This document shows, piece after piece, positions 35,101-46,760 of a stretch of 46,760 nt of DNA. Source of the stretch: Phoronis australis. Taxonomy: Eukaryota; Animalia; Phoronida. The number at the start of each line of letters is the position of its first letter. Within the stretch, counting starts at the first letter, position 1. The stretch lies in contig NMRA01000073.1 of NCBI GenBank assembly GCA_002633005.1, forward strand, positions 1,015,513-1,062,272, written 5' to 3'. The notes beneath the pieces are model-generated. The model saw only the letters and a list, made by a program, of their open reading frames with translations. It was not told the origin of the DNA and ran no database searches. The position numbers and the translations under genes are program-made.

Positions 35101-37645
35101 AATGTTTTGAGAAATTCTTGGCAGTTACAAGAATGATAGAAGCTTTTGAACTTTGAAAGATGGCCAATTTTGACTCTCGTTATATTGTGGGATATTGCTG
35201 AAATTTTACCAGTAGTTAAGACCAATTTTACAACTGACAGGTTGTCAAATTCAAATTTGTAATTGACAGAATGTTCGGGGCTGTCCCGGATGACACGGCT
35301 ATAGAGCACTCTTTTGTCGTGGAGATTAGAAAGCGCATGCCCTTGTTTCTTAAATCAAGCACATTTTCGTGTCTCTCATTGATGTCAGAAAGGCGAAGAA
35401 TTTGATGTCATGTTTCCACGGGTATTTGTCCAATTTATCAAGCTTTCTCACGTGGGAGTTGCAGTCTACAGCATAGCAGTAATTTTGTTGGCATTGGAGG
35501 GACGAATATAGCAATGCAATCGAGAAAAGTGTGTAAAGAATCAGAGAACAACAACAACAAATAACATGTGAAACTCCAGCGGCATGGAAAAGAGGCAGCA
35601 AATGTGGCTAACAAATATTTACTGCATTGTGGGTAAATACAACGTGATTTGAACGTCGCTCTATAATCTGGAACGGCCCTATTGTAACGTCACTAAATGT
35701 ATGGCCCATTGACATGTCTGTGCCTACAGTCAAAAATAAATACCAAGCTATAAATGTATAAGAAAACCTACAATATATTTTGACTCGCCAATAATAACAA
35801 TAACAATAAAAATAATAAGGATAATAATAAATAACTTTATAAATAGAGGATAAAAACATGTTAAGTGTAAAACTTATCTACCACATGGTCCTAATAATAC
35901 TTATCTTCAACTGATGAGGTCACATGACCAAAAATAGTAAAATTCAGTAAAAAAGAGCTACCGGTATGTTCATAGAAAAAAGAACATAAACATCGCTACA
36001 AAATTTCATTTGATGTAAATGTTCAAGGCGAAACATCTAAAACGCTGTTGCATTTTTCTAAATAATCATTTCATTTTCATTTTACGCAACTTTCCAAGTT
36101 TTTTCGTAGAAGCAATAAACGTTCCATTTTTTGATGGAGTGAATCGTTTTAGGATCGTGTGCTACGTTTTAGGATCATCTACTACGGCGTTTTAGATAAC
36201 AGTGTGTGAAACATTAGGATCTAAAGGTCTCATTTAAATATGAGCAGCCACTTCTGAGACACGACATTTTTCTAATGTTCCACATAACCTTAAGGTGCAA
36301 AGGTGTCTTAAGTTAGTGTCAATCCCAACTAGCTGAAATGGTAGAAAATTAACAAAGGTTTTTGTTCGTTTTTCAGGTTCATTGTCAAAGGCCAGTGTGC
36401 AGATAAGCGTAAGTTCATCTTGAAAAATGCATAGGCTCAATGTACTGATCTGGTAAGGAATGATGACGTAAAAGTTGCAATGTTTTAACAAGACCTTTCT
36501 GTTTGTAGTTCTTCACCTGTTTTGCACAGGCATCTCATTTTGCACTCCTGAAATTGACTTGGAAAATGTTTCCCCGCGTATTTTGCTCTCCAACATTTAA
36601 AATAATGTATTTTAGTTCAGGAGCTCCATATTGATGTTAAGCCCATTGGTTCGTTTCCTCAAACTTTCTTGATATCTCATGAAGATATTTGTGATATGTT
36701 ACCTGCAAAAAATTTGAAAATATCTTCTTAGCTTCTTAAGTTGAGTAAAATAAATTTTTATTTTTTCAGAGAGAAAAATCCGAAAATTTGGTGCCGTCCA
36801 AGTACTTTGAAGTCGTGCAGATGCAGCGCAAATCCACCATAGCCAAGGTGTGCAGGCAAAATCACATTACCCCACACATTGAGGAAAAGTCTAAATTTCG
36901 CAACATCATTGTAAACGATCGTTACAAATTGCTTTACTGTGACGTCCCAAAGGTGGCGTCCACCAATTGGAAGAGAGTCATGCTTGTGTTGACTGGTAAG
37001 TTTAACACGAGTAAACCGTTAGAAATACCGGCATCGACGGCACACTCAGATCAGATTTCTGCCAAATTTCTGCCACACCTCAGTTCGTACAGTCTGCCTG
37101 AGATTGCAGAAAGGCTGGCGACTTACACAAAGTTCATGGTTACTCGTGAGCCCATGGAACGCCTGCTGTCGGCGTATCGGAACAAGTTCACCAAAAGTTA
37201 TAATAAGTATTTCCACGACCGGTTTGGCCGAAAGATAATCAAAAACTATAGAAATAATGCAACTGCTGAATCCCTCCAGAAAGGTCATGATGTTCTATTC
37301 CATGAGTTTGTCGAATACCTGCTCGATCCATTGAGGACTGATGCACTGAACCCCCATTGGGAGTTTTTCTACAAGCTGTGTTCGCCATGCATTGTCAACT
37401 ATGACATCATCGGCAAGTACGACACACTAGTTGAGGATTCCACCCAAGTTTTACGCACGATCGGTGCAGATATGTCTGTTATTTTCCCTGAGAACAGATA
37501 TCCTGGTCCACCTACATCACAGCTGATGAGAAGTGCATTCAGTAATGTGACCGAGGAAGAGATTCACAGTCTTTGGAGAATGTATTCCGTCGACTATACC
37601 ATGTTCGGTTACAGCTACCCAAATTTCAATAACGATCAGCGCTAG
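26077..37645 (+). CDS. Carbohydrate sulfotransferase 11-like (Sulfotransfer_2 / HNK-1ST family, Golgi type II membrane protein); exons 26077..26194 and 36770..37645, middle exon not located
   Basis: Exon 1 encodes a short tail plus TM (MNGYGGNFRMPSKATFFKMGLFAVGFLLVLVVYQTSWQE). The last exon has the 5'-PSB YCDVPKVASTNWKR, the 3'-PB REPMERLLSAY, HW..CSPC..YDIIGKYDTL and Y..D..MFGY. Confidence 0.85.
28540..28880 (+). repeat. Dispersed repeat family A, copy 2
   Basis: Same ordered blocks as 23940-24300. Confidence 0.75.
29110..29830 (+). repeat. Highly degenerate internal tandem repeats, possibly an old Helentron/HINE-type element
   Basis: Recurring TCTACCTCT..TGCCAAATCAC..AGGAT and CTGTATCTC...GGAT(C/T)TT..GAAAT.TGGC motifs; a related fragment at about 40255. 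Family assignment is inference. Confidence 0.4.
31404..31440 (+). mobile_element. Left end of another CAGTGGCGGATCTA-type element (right end not seen, possibly in the gap)
   Basis: CAGTGGCGGATCTAGGA...GGGGGGCCC is the same terminus class as 8875-9228. Confidence 0.5.
31600..31685 (-). mobile_element. tRNA-derived SINE head / tRNA-like remnant
   Basis: Minus strand reads GGTCAGGTGCAGTGGTAAAGCAC...CCAGGTCGTGAGTTCGAGTCT: A box and B box at tRNA-like spacing, with no proper acceptor stem. Confidence 0.55.
32201..32746. other. Assembly gap (546 N)
   Basis: Run of n. Confidence 1.
35880..36200 (-). repeat. Dispersed repeat family A, copy 3 (inverted)
   Basis: GGTCACATGACC...TTTGATGTAAATGTTCAAGG...TTTTCTAAATAAT is the reverse complement of the copy 1 blocks. 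Confidence 0.7.
36770..37645 (+). CDS. Sulfotransferase catalytic exon
   Basis: Acceptor TTTTTATTTTTTCAG| at 36769, in frame (phase 0) with ORF 36788..37645; PAPS-binding motifs present. Confidence 0.95.
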   Translation, partial: REKSENLVPSKYFEVVQMQRKSTIAKVCRQNHITPHIEEKSKFRNIIVNDRYKLLYCDVPKVASTNWKRVMLVLTGKFNTSKPLEIPASTAHSDQISAKFLPHLSSYSLPEIAERLATYTKFMVTREPMERLLSAYRNKFTKSYNKYFHDRFGRKIIKNYRNNATAESLQKGHDVLFHEFVEYLLDPLRTDALNPHWEFFYKLCSPCIVNYDIIGKYDTLVEDSTQVLRTIGADMSVIFPENRYPGPPTSQLMRSAFSNVTEEEIHSLWRMYSVDYTMFGYSYPNFNNDQR

Positions 37646-39418
37646 CAAATACCACTATAAAATGGCCCTCGGTCTAAAATTTATTTTTGACTCGGTGCAT
37701 TTCTAGTGTTATAAATGTGGTCTTTAACTTCCTCCAGACTAAGATTAGCGGTAATTCCTGGATTTGAAAGAACTAGCAAGTCATTATTGAGATCAGGCGT
37801 GATAAGTTGGCTCAATTGTCTCAGTGCTTCAGTTTATACATTGAGCATGGTTCCAACCATTACTGAACTCTTAAGTGCTTCCCTAGTCAAGAAACCATTC
37901 CTCTTCTGAGCAAGTTGATACCAATGTTTAGCAGGAAATTGTCTTCGAGTGTCAAAAGGGGGAGCCCGGCGGGCTACAGCTGCTTTGAGACTCATTTTCT
38001 TCTTGCTCACTACCTAATCACAAATTCAATGTTATACATGATGTCAAATACTCCCATTCCACAATAGACAATTTCTACTCCTAAACTGTTCATTATACCG
38101 TTGGAATGGCAACACTTAAGAACGGCGAGGTTGGCCAACACTTTCTAACTTGGCCAGCTGCTTTGCATCAAACTCGGGGATCTCAATTCCGTTTATGGTA
38201 GAAACCAAGTTCTATCATCGGAAGAAATTTTTTCTAAAAGTACACATTCATAACTTTTATTTTGAGGTTGTTGGAGGAAGGAAATGCCCCTTGATGACTT
38301 GTGCCGGGATAATGGCGCAGTTTTTGAGTTGTGCTCAGTTCTTGCTCGAGTTGGACTTCGCAGTTGAGAAACTGTGACTGGGCTTTGGCTTGAGTGATTC
38401 TAATAATTAACAATGAGCACTAAGTCAAGTATTTCTTGAAAATTAAAAGCCTGTACCCAAAACCAACCAACTAATTCTACCTAAAAATTCATCAATCAAA
38501 TCGTGTGAGACTTGCCACATGATTGGACAATTTTTATTTGGTCTCAAGTACAGTTAGAGTGTTTCATCACCATAATCTAAACTGTTAAATTTAGGGCTGC
38601 ATTGGACTCATTGGTGGCGTTCGAAGTTCTATGTCAATGAGCTTATCTCGTGGGGATGACTGGACCTCTGCAAAACAGATGACTTTTAGTGGAAAAAATA
38701 ACCACTATCTTTGGTGTGATATAAAACATGTGGTTAAAACTCTATTGTGTGTTATCAATTTGGACCAGCATGCAGTCAGTGAGTGTTGTGAGATGCCCAG
38801 TCAGATGGGCGCAGTGGTCGTTTATGGTCTGATATCTATAGCCACAGAAACAAACAACACCATTGTGACAGCAGCTGACGGTGAACTACTGCACTGGTAC
38901 CATCTTATAACCATGTAACTCTCCAATAACTGGTTACTCGAAATGACGTCAGTAATGATTTTCTGGATGGACGTGTGCCATAACTAATTACCTTTGCCTC
39001 CCTAGAGCTTCACTAGCCCCAGATTAGCCAAGACCTCCAAAGTAAACAGTTCCATAGCAGTAGTGGTGATCATCTGGTTACTCTTAAGCAGATATCAGAC
39101 GAGTATGACTTCCAGTGAGGGCCTGGATAATCCTCTTAATATAATTGCAGATCCAGTTAACCATTTATGATCATAATATGAGCATGCATGTCTACAGTCT
39201 AAATTGGTCACAGCTGGAGTTGGACACCCTAAGCTCCAGGGGTAAAAGGCCCTGTATAGTCTTCATACCAGTTTAAACATGGCGCGTGTGGTTTCATCAA
39301 CTGCTGTCACTGTTTCTATTTCTGTCAGTGTTCCTAGAGAATTTGCTCGCTAGCTAAGTCTGTCAGGTTTTATATCTCAGGCTTTGCAAAACATACTAAT
39401 GCCCAGTTAGAACGTTGC

Positions 39419-39505
39419 TGCAGTCTCACAAAGGAACTATCTGTTTGCCTGTGATGTAAAAGTTTTCATCTACTGATAAGCCTTTTTTGTATCAGAAAAG
39501 GCATT
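39419..39505 (+). repeat. About 85-bp duplicated element, copy 1
   Basis: TGCAGTCTCACAAAGGAACTAT...AAAGTTTTCA...AGCCTTTTTTGTATCAGAAAAGGCATT, repeated at 41252. Confidence 0.8.
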
Positions 39506-39976
39506 GACCATTATTTATGTGATTTTGTTAATGTAGGTGTGTTCCTCTCAACGAGAGCACGGCTGACATGGAATTTTGAATGGGTTCTACTACTTAGTAT
39601 AGTCATGTTTTGTCCCCCAGCAACAATTTTACCTTTTTGCACCTGCCTATATACTAACCAAGTTTCTTGATGCGTGATCTTAATGAAATTTGATAGATAT
39701 GTTTCTGTAAAGGAGACTTCACTTTCCCATAGAAGTGTTTCTGTAAAGTCACGAGTAGGCACCATCTTCCCAGTTTGGCCAACTACTGCGTGTTCTGCGC
39801 CCTCTTGTGGCAATATTTCAGTGTTTTGATGGGAATGTGCTCCTATTGAGGGAAACCACTGAGCTGAAGAGTAGTTGAGCTTAGTCCACTTGTGACATTT
39901 TTTGCATCTGTGCCTCTTTACTATTTACCAAGTTAGGTGAAAAATCTTCATAAAGTTGGACACTGGTATAAATCTT

Positions 39977-40085
39977 GGTAATAGTCTGATATAACGTGCC
40001 GAAATTTTGAAAACCAGTTTTCTCCACTAAATAACGGGCATAAATTGGTTCTCAAAATACCGGCATGTTATATCAGACTATTGCC
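39977..40085. mobile_element. 109-bp foldback MITE with an 8-bp TSD (Merlin- or Mutator-like termini)
   Basis: 44-bp TIRs (38/44 match) starting GG and ending CC; TAAATCTT at 39969-39976 and 40086-40093. Confidence 0.85.
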
Positions 40086-41251
40086 TAAATCTTATTCCAA
40101 GAGCGCTGCATGGACATCAGTTTTGTCTTGTATGCCTCCTAGTGTCAGTAACTTTGAAATTTATACTTAAGGTACTCTTTCTTGCTTATAAATATCAAAT
40201 CTTACTGCTGCAGTGCCCTCTAGTGGTAATTTCAGCATTCATTGTGACAATCTGAGTATCTCCTTGAGTTCCTTGATGAATCTTTATAAGATTTCTCGAT
40301 GATGTTCCCAACAAGGGCCAGGCTACACCAGATGCAGTAACAAGAACAACATGTTTGCTGCATTCATAATCAAAGTTTGTTTACTTATAATCATAGTTCA
40401 CTGATCTGATAAACTCAGTTCATTAACTAATAGACACTGCTCAACTGTGGCTCACCAATTACCAAACATGGTGCTGGACTTGCAAAACCTAGCTTTTTAC
40501 GCACCCAAAAAACTAACGCTTGGACTCTCAAACATGACTCACCGAGTCAGTGTTCATATACTGTAATGGGCGCTCAGTTAGATATGTTTGTGAGTCTGTG
40601 TGCACAGGTGTTTTGGGTGTCTATGCTGTGCTTAACATGATGTTAGTTTGGAACCATGTGCTGTCCCAGGAGGTCTGTAAACCAGTGTTTGTAATTAGTC
40701 AAAGAACTCTATGAGTTGGCAGCTGTGGTGTTTGGTACTCTAGTCTTTGTCAGTGTGTTATGTTACTTTTGCACAAATGAGCCTGTTCACTATCCTTGGT
40801 TTTTCCTATAGCATCTAACTGGGAAGTAAATCGTGTCCAGGTCGCATTTGTAAATAATGTGAGAGGTGAAACCGTGTGGCCATGACTCATTCACTTCAAA
40901 TAGTTAGAACTCAGCAGGTTGTACCTAGTGATTATTAAAAAATTCAAACCAGAGGACTATCTATCCACAGAAGCAACCAATGAACTTCCATGTAAATCTT
41001 GGTGTAATCGTGTAAGATTTCATTCGGAAACTCATCATTGAATTGAAAACTCTGAAAACTCGTAATATGATCTCCGTAGCAGGTTTTTTAAGACGTTATG
41101 GTTATTTTGTCTTTATAACTTCAGCTGTCACTACTGCATCCATGTGTCAAATGAGTGCGGAGCTTGGTCATAAGCCAAGTTCTATGAAAATGAACGTTCA
41201 TATACGAGGTATTGATGTGTTGCTTCTTCAATCTCCATAGTCACCAGTGTG

Positions 41252-41331
41252 TGCAGTCTCACAAAGGAACTATATATTTTTGATGAAAGTTTTCAGCTCA
41301 ATTCAGCCTTTTTTGTATCAGAAGAGGCATT
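41252..41331 (+). repeat. About 85-bp duplicated element, copy 2
   Basis: Matches 39419-39505 at both ends. Confidence 0.8.
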
Positions 41332-44300
41332 ATTGGTTATTTATTAATGCATTATATACCATGACCTGTATTGCTTATTAGATATATATATATATATTAA
41401 TTTTGCGTGTGCCATTAAACGGGCAGCTAAGAATATGGTGATATTTTTTACGTGTCTTAATAGTTAGTGATGACAAAATGTTATGTTAACATATTTTTTC
41501 TTACCTAGATTTGGTGCCATAACTTTGTCATATGTCAGAACGGTAATTGACGAAGCCTGTGTGCCATGGCAATGTGATTAATTCTCCATCTTGATAGTTT
41601 ACAATACGAAAGTGCAATAGGAATATAGGCGCCTTCAAACAAATATGTCGTCCAGTCTGATTGAACTGGACCGAAGGAAATTTATGGTCTGTTGTGTACA
41701 CAAGATTATTTACCGTACTGCAAAACTGTGGAGTGAAGATACGACTAGTGCTACCTGTATTTGTTTTATCAAATTGTGCGTAAGGTACTGTGCATATTGT
41801 ATTTAGATGATGAAAAAATAAAAAATTGCAAGTTACATTTCAGTTTCAATGATCATTAGAATACAAACAAGTGCAGTTTGGAACATACAATTATTTCGTG
41901 TGGTGATAGATTTAGGACACACAGCAGCTGCAGATACGAGAAATTTTATTTTTTAATTTTTCATAAAAGACAAATAACACAACCAAGTAAATACTTAATC
42001 AAAAACTGTTGACTTCAAACTGTTCAAAGCATGACTTCATACCCAATGCAACGTTTGTGTGAAAAAGTAACAAAAACAGGATCTCGTTGACTTACATTAT
42101 TTACTAAAAGTGACTCCATAATAAATTGAAAGACATATCTTTGTAACATTTTAAAGATATAAAAAGAAAAATAAAACTTACATTGAACACTGATTTGATA
42201 ATATGGCCATTACTGAGGGACATCCTATATCACACATGGCGAGGTAGATCGTTTGCGACATGTAAAAAATGAAATGAATTGAGGCATGTTGAGTTCTAGT
42301 TTTCTAGTGTCATAATGACCACAGAGGCCAGAGTTTCTCTCAGAGTGTCTCTTATCTCCAGCATAGTAAATACCAGGAGAATTATGTTCATCAAAATTTA
42401 ATTATGTATATTTTTGAGCAACAAATGCTTGGAATTTCAAGAGATGGACATGTCTTGCAGTCTCAAATGTACAACAGGTAGATACCTATGCCCGGGTATG
42501 ATCTTTTTACTTGAAATTGATCTAAAAATATTTTGAAATTTTCAGTTCTTCAATACAAACTCAACTTAAGAGTGACTATTATTTTGTGCCTGAGTATATA
42601 ATGGTTTACCCAGATGAGTCTTGTCCAAGTTAGCACTTGATGACCCCAAGATCTGAGCTACAAACTTGAAGTTTCTTGATCAGATTCGAACTTATAGTTT
42701 AAATACTGCGATCATCAAGTGCACAGAATGATTACAGACAATTAACTTAAGTACACTGAAGAAAAATGCCAATAATGTTTCCAATTCCGGTCGCAATTAG
42801 CGCTGAGGTAACTTTCAAATTCACATTTTAACGAATGAATACGCAAACATTGGTTGCTTACATTCAAGGGTCAAAACTAAAAATAATCAAGTTAATTAAG
42901 AAATTGAACACGCAAAAGAAAAACTGCTTTAGAGCCGACTACAACAACTGACATGTAAAGCATTCGTTAGTTGTTGATGTGCACAGCATGACATCATTCC
43001 CAGACTACTCGGGGGTGGGGGAGTGGGGGGGATTCTGAGAGCAAAGTGGGCTAATCATCTAGAGTCCCGCTCACACACAACCTACCCTAGAACAACTTGC
43101 CTTGGTGTAACGTAGCCAACTTTTAAGTGGAGCGTCCAGACACACCTATCCGATAACTAGGGTAAGGCGGAAGTTGTCGCTCTGTGTGTGACAATGAACA
43201 TCTAATGCGAGTATGGCATGCAAAAGAAAAACCGTCTATGTAACAGCAGCTGATGATTATTTCCGTGCTACCCCACTTTGTGATCACACGGGAATAACAA
43301 GTGACTCAAGTTACCCTAGAACAAGTTACACTCCACCTCGATAATGTGGAGTAAGTTGTCATAAGTGGGGCAAGTTGCACTGGTTTAAGTAGCGTACAGA
43401 CAGCACTCAGATCTAGCGACAACTCTTTCTAAGAGTAACTTGTAGGGTAAGTCTGTGTGTGTGTGGGCGGCACTTAGGCAAGCAGCTGCTGAAAGTATCA
43501 AAATCTGTAATAAGTCTGTCCTATTAAATTTGTGTAGATTCTGGGATTGACCATGTCTCTTGTCGGGGAATGATGTCATTGGCTCCTGCATTGGTGACAG
43601 TGTGAACAAATGACCAGAATACAATATCCATAGTCCAATATATTTGACACACAGTAAAACTAGCAAGTCAAGAAGACTAAGAGACTTCATCAGAGTTTGG
43701 GGAAAACGATTTATCTGAGGGCGAAAGTATGCAAACTAGAACAACTGTACCGCAGAACTTTGCCAGAGTTAAGCGAAAATCTGACTAGTGTATGTCCGAG
43801 TTATGCAAGTTTTACTGCGCACACTACATGCAATTCATGCATTGAATATATTGGACTAATCATATTACAGCATTTTTGTTGAATCGACCTTAAAACTAAT
43901 GGTTGTTGTCAGAAAAATATGTTTATATTTTAGCCACTTACCACCATAAAATTGGTCTTGTCTAGTTTCGTACTAAGTTCAAAAGTTATTTCTGAGCTTG
44001 GAAATATCTGATTTTGTTATTTCATCAGAACAAGCTCATAAAATTTGAGGTCATGCAGTGGCCTGAAGTTTTATGAGCTTGCTTTGAAGAAATAAGAAAT
44101 TGTCAATTCTTTCCTGGTCTTGAAATTACCTTCAATATGACTAAGGAACAATTTGAGAACAATTACAAAATAGCAAGTTGTTTAAATGAAAAGTTGTTTT
44201 TTTTGTGATGGAAGGTGGGTTTGTAAACACTATAACTTTCATATTAATTAGATGATTTGTTCAATAAACAAGATTAGGCAGATTGTCTTTAAGACTTGAT

Positions 44301-45589
44301 CCCATTACATATTTCTAAAGGACTCTTTCAGTAAAGAAATTTTATTTTTAATCCATAACAATTATGTACTAGTGCTTATTTATGAATGAGGAACAGTGTT
44401 ACCCAAATACCTCAATTTGAAGCTGCACAAAAAATGAAAACACAATTTCAGGTTACTTTGTTAAATGGATTTCTCTAATTTTGAAAAGTGAAAACCAAGG
44501 TCTCTAACAACGCTCTTGTACTACAACTCAGTAATAGATACAGCGTATCCTATGTATGGGAATATCTCTCGTCTCCTCGTCGTGTGCTCGTCTGTAGTCC
44601 CATAAAAAGTGGTCGATAATTATACTGTTCACGTGCAGGTGGGACTTGGCTGGGTCGGACGATATCAGCCTCTGGATCTCACGATTAACCAACTAGAACA
44701 AGTATAAGGCAATGGTTTACAATCGACTGTAAAAAGTACGGCAAAATATGCAAAAGAAAAAATATTCTAAATGTTGGATATTAAAGTGGTACAGTAACTG
44801 TTCTCTACAAATTTGAACATTACAAAACCTAGTAAACATCAGAGCAACAACATCCACTAACATTTGAAAGCCAAACACAGTTACATATCATAAATTATGA
44901 TCTCATTGTCAATTTCCCGAAAGTTGACGCAAAACAGCCCACTCATTGCTGGGTCCGCATTGTTGCGGATTGCTTTCGATGGTGTGCTGACACATACATC
45001 ATTGCATAATGGCAAGTTTTCAAAACGTGGCTCTAAATTCCAGTTTCTGTTCTGGCAAAAGATTTATGAAACTTAAGTAAGTGTTACCTCAACAGCCCAA
45101 ACGGAGCAACCTCTTATTTCTACCTCCCAGGTGTCACCACTAGTCATCAAATGATCTGAAAACAGAAAATTTTGATGATTTATAAAAGGATAATACCTTG
45201 TAAACAAGTTGTTTACAGTGTTCTCGTGACAAAATCCAAACTCGTTACCGCGACGAGTCAAAACAGATTGTGGAGAACTCTTAGTCTGGTTTAATTATAA
45301 TAGTGCAATTAGTCCTATCTGATGAATTTCACCAAGTTATAACTGCAAAATCTTTTCCATAATTCATACTGCGTTTTCATAATACAAGATTATTCATGAC
45401 CAACATATGTACAAAAATATGCACCAGAAGCACGTTTCCAGAGATGAAAAGGAGACCGAAGTTGTAAGCATAAGGTCATTTGTTAAGGCAGAATAAAAGC
45501 ACACAAGACCAGATTAATGGTTAAAGTTATGAAGAATTTTATCGACATGTAGGTGAATTTAACCAAATATCTATGAAACAATGGACTTT

Positions 45590-46030
45590 ATATCAGTAGC
45601 ATACATTTTCTGAAAAAGAAAGCCAGTAGAATTTGACTTTTGACTTTGTACCAATCTGATATTATGTGGGCCACATGACCATGTCTTTTTCGTACAATTT
45701 AGTGAAAGAGGAAAGTACTCTCATAGCATAACAATGATAACAATAACATTGACTGAATTTTGTTTGATATGCAGTAAATGTTCAAGATGAAATCTCAAAA
45801 TGCTGTAATTTCAGTTTTTCTGAATTATCATTTCATTTTCATTTACGGAAATCTTGATTTTAAGACAAATCATAAAAACCCCATTTTTGATAGCCCCTCA
45901 TGCAAAAGTGGAGTACTTTAAGAACAATTCCTAAATATGTTTTCCTAAATGCAGACAGCATAGTTCTGTATGAATCCGATCATCCATTTTTGAGATATGA
46001 TGTTCTGAAATTTGCAAAATTTGAACATTC
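45590..46030 (-). repeat. Dispersed repeat family A, copy 4 (inverted)
   Basis: TTTTCTGAAAA..TTTTGACTTT..ACCAATCTG..CACATGACC..GTAAATGTTCAAG are reverse-complement blocks of copy 1. Confidence 0.7.
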
Positions 46031-46570
46031 TTCTAGAGTCCTACATAACCTGAAACTGATGGTTGAGATAATCTATGGCAATGTAATAGCAGGCTGATAT
46101 TGTTTACATTCAGCAGAATACACATAATATTTTTTCAACATCCATTGAAAATGATAAGCCAGAGTGGTTGAACCACCTAATCACTGTCAGACACAGTATT
46201 GCCCACAGCCTCAAAACCAAAGCAGCCACAGTGAGAATGTAAACACTACACAAACTATCAAACAGCATGGCTATTCTCATTGTGAGCTCGCAAGAATGTC
46301 CGCAAAGGCATGCAATGTGCACTAGAGTGTCATTTTTAATAGTTTGCATAACTTGCTTCGTAGGCCATCATAGAGCTCCATAGTGGCACTCCAGTACTTC
46401 TGTGCAGTTTTAACAATTATGTACTCGACCTCAAGTATCGGTACCATATAAATAAACAAATACCTGTACCAACCGAAAAAAGTACAATAAGATAAGTTTT
46501 CTTGTCCTGTTCAAGGCAAAATTGTCGACACAGAAGAATGTTTAAGAATTAACATTGGTGTTTTGAAAGT

Positions 46571-46760
46571 AACAATACTTTCAACATCCTCTACCAACCA
46601 AACAAACAATACTTTCAACATCCTCCACCAACCAAACAAACAATACTTTCAACATCCTCCACCAACCAAACTAACAATACTTTCAACATCCTCTACCAAC
46701 CAAACTAACAATACTTTCAACATCCTCCACCAACCAAACTAACAATACTTTCAACATCCT
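46571..46760. repeat. 34-bp minisatellite, at least 5.6 copies, truncated by the window end
   Basis: Unit AACAATACTTTCAACATCCTC(T/C)ACCAACCAAAC(A/T) starts at 46571, 46605, 46639, 46673, 46707 and 46741. Confidence 0.95.

Noticed and set aside
35911-35935. CTGATGA-GGTCACATGACC-AAAA resembling a hammerhead ribozyme core
   Set aside because: It has AAAA instead of GAAA, no stems I or III, and the palindrome is part of repeat family A.
46571-46760. CRISPR-like regular repeats
   Set aside because: Units are contiguous with no unique spacers, the context is eukaryotic, and there are no cas genes.

Overview
AT-rich, intron-containing eukaryotic DNA, probably from a marine invertebrate (inferred from gene families and repeat types; the species cannot be determined from sequence alone). 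It is a draft assembly with one 546-nt N gap and four single-n joins. I reconstructed four spliced genes by hand. (1) A 2-exon, 266-aa aerolysin/ETX-MTX2 (LIN-24-like) beta-pore-forming protein with no signal peptide (+, 6472-7746). (2) A 4-exon, 123-aa stand-alone CS/p23-like domain protein that the ORF track misses entirely (-, 11002-15542). (3) SSR4/TRAP-delta, 5 exons, 171 aa (+, 15744-20325), head-to-head with gene 2, with 201 bp between the ATGs. (4) A CHST11-like Golgi carbohydrate sulfotransferase (+, 26077-37645) whose two visible coding exons are out of phase, implying an unseen middle exon. The rest is introns and intergenic DNA with MITEs (5-bp and 8-bp TSD types), tRNA-derived SINE heads, two old dispersed repeat families, a palindrome-rich 169-bp duplication and a 34-bp minisatellite. 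No CRISPR, rRNA or intact tRNA was found.
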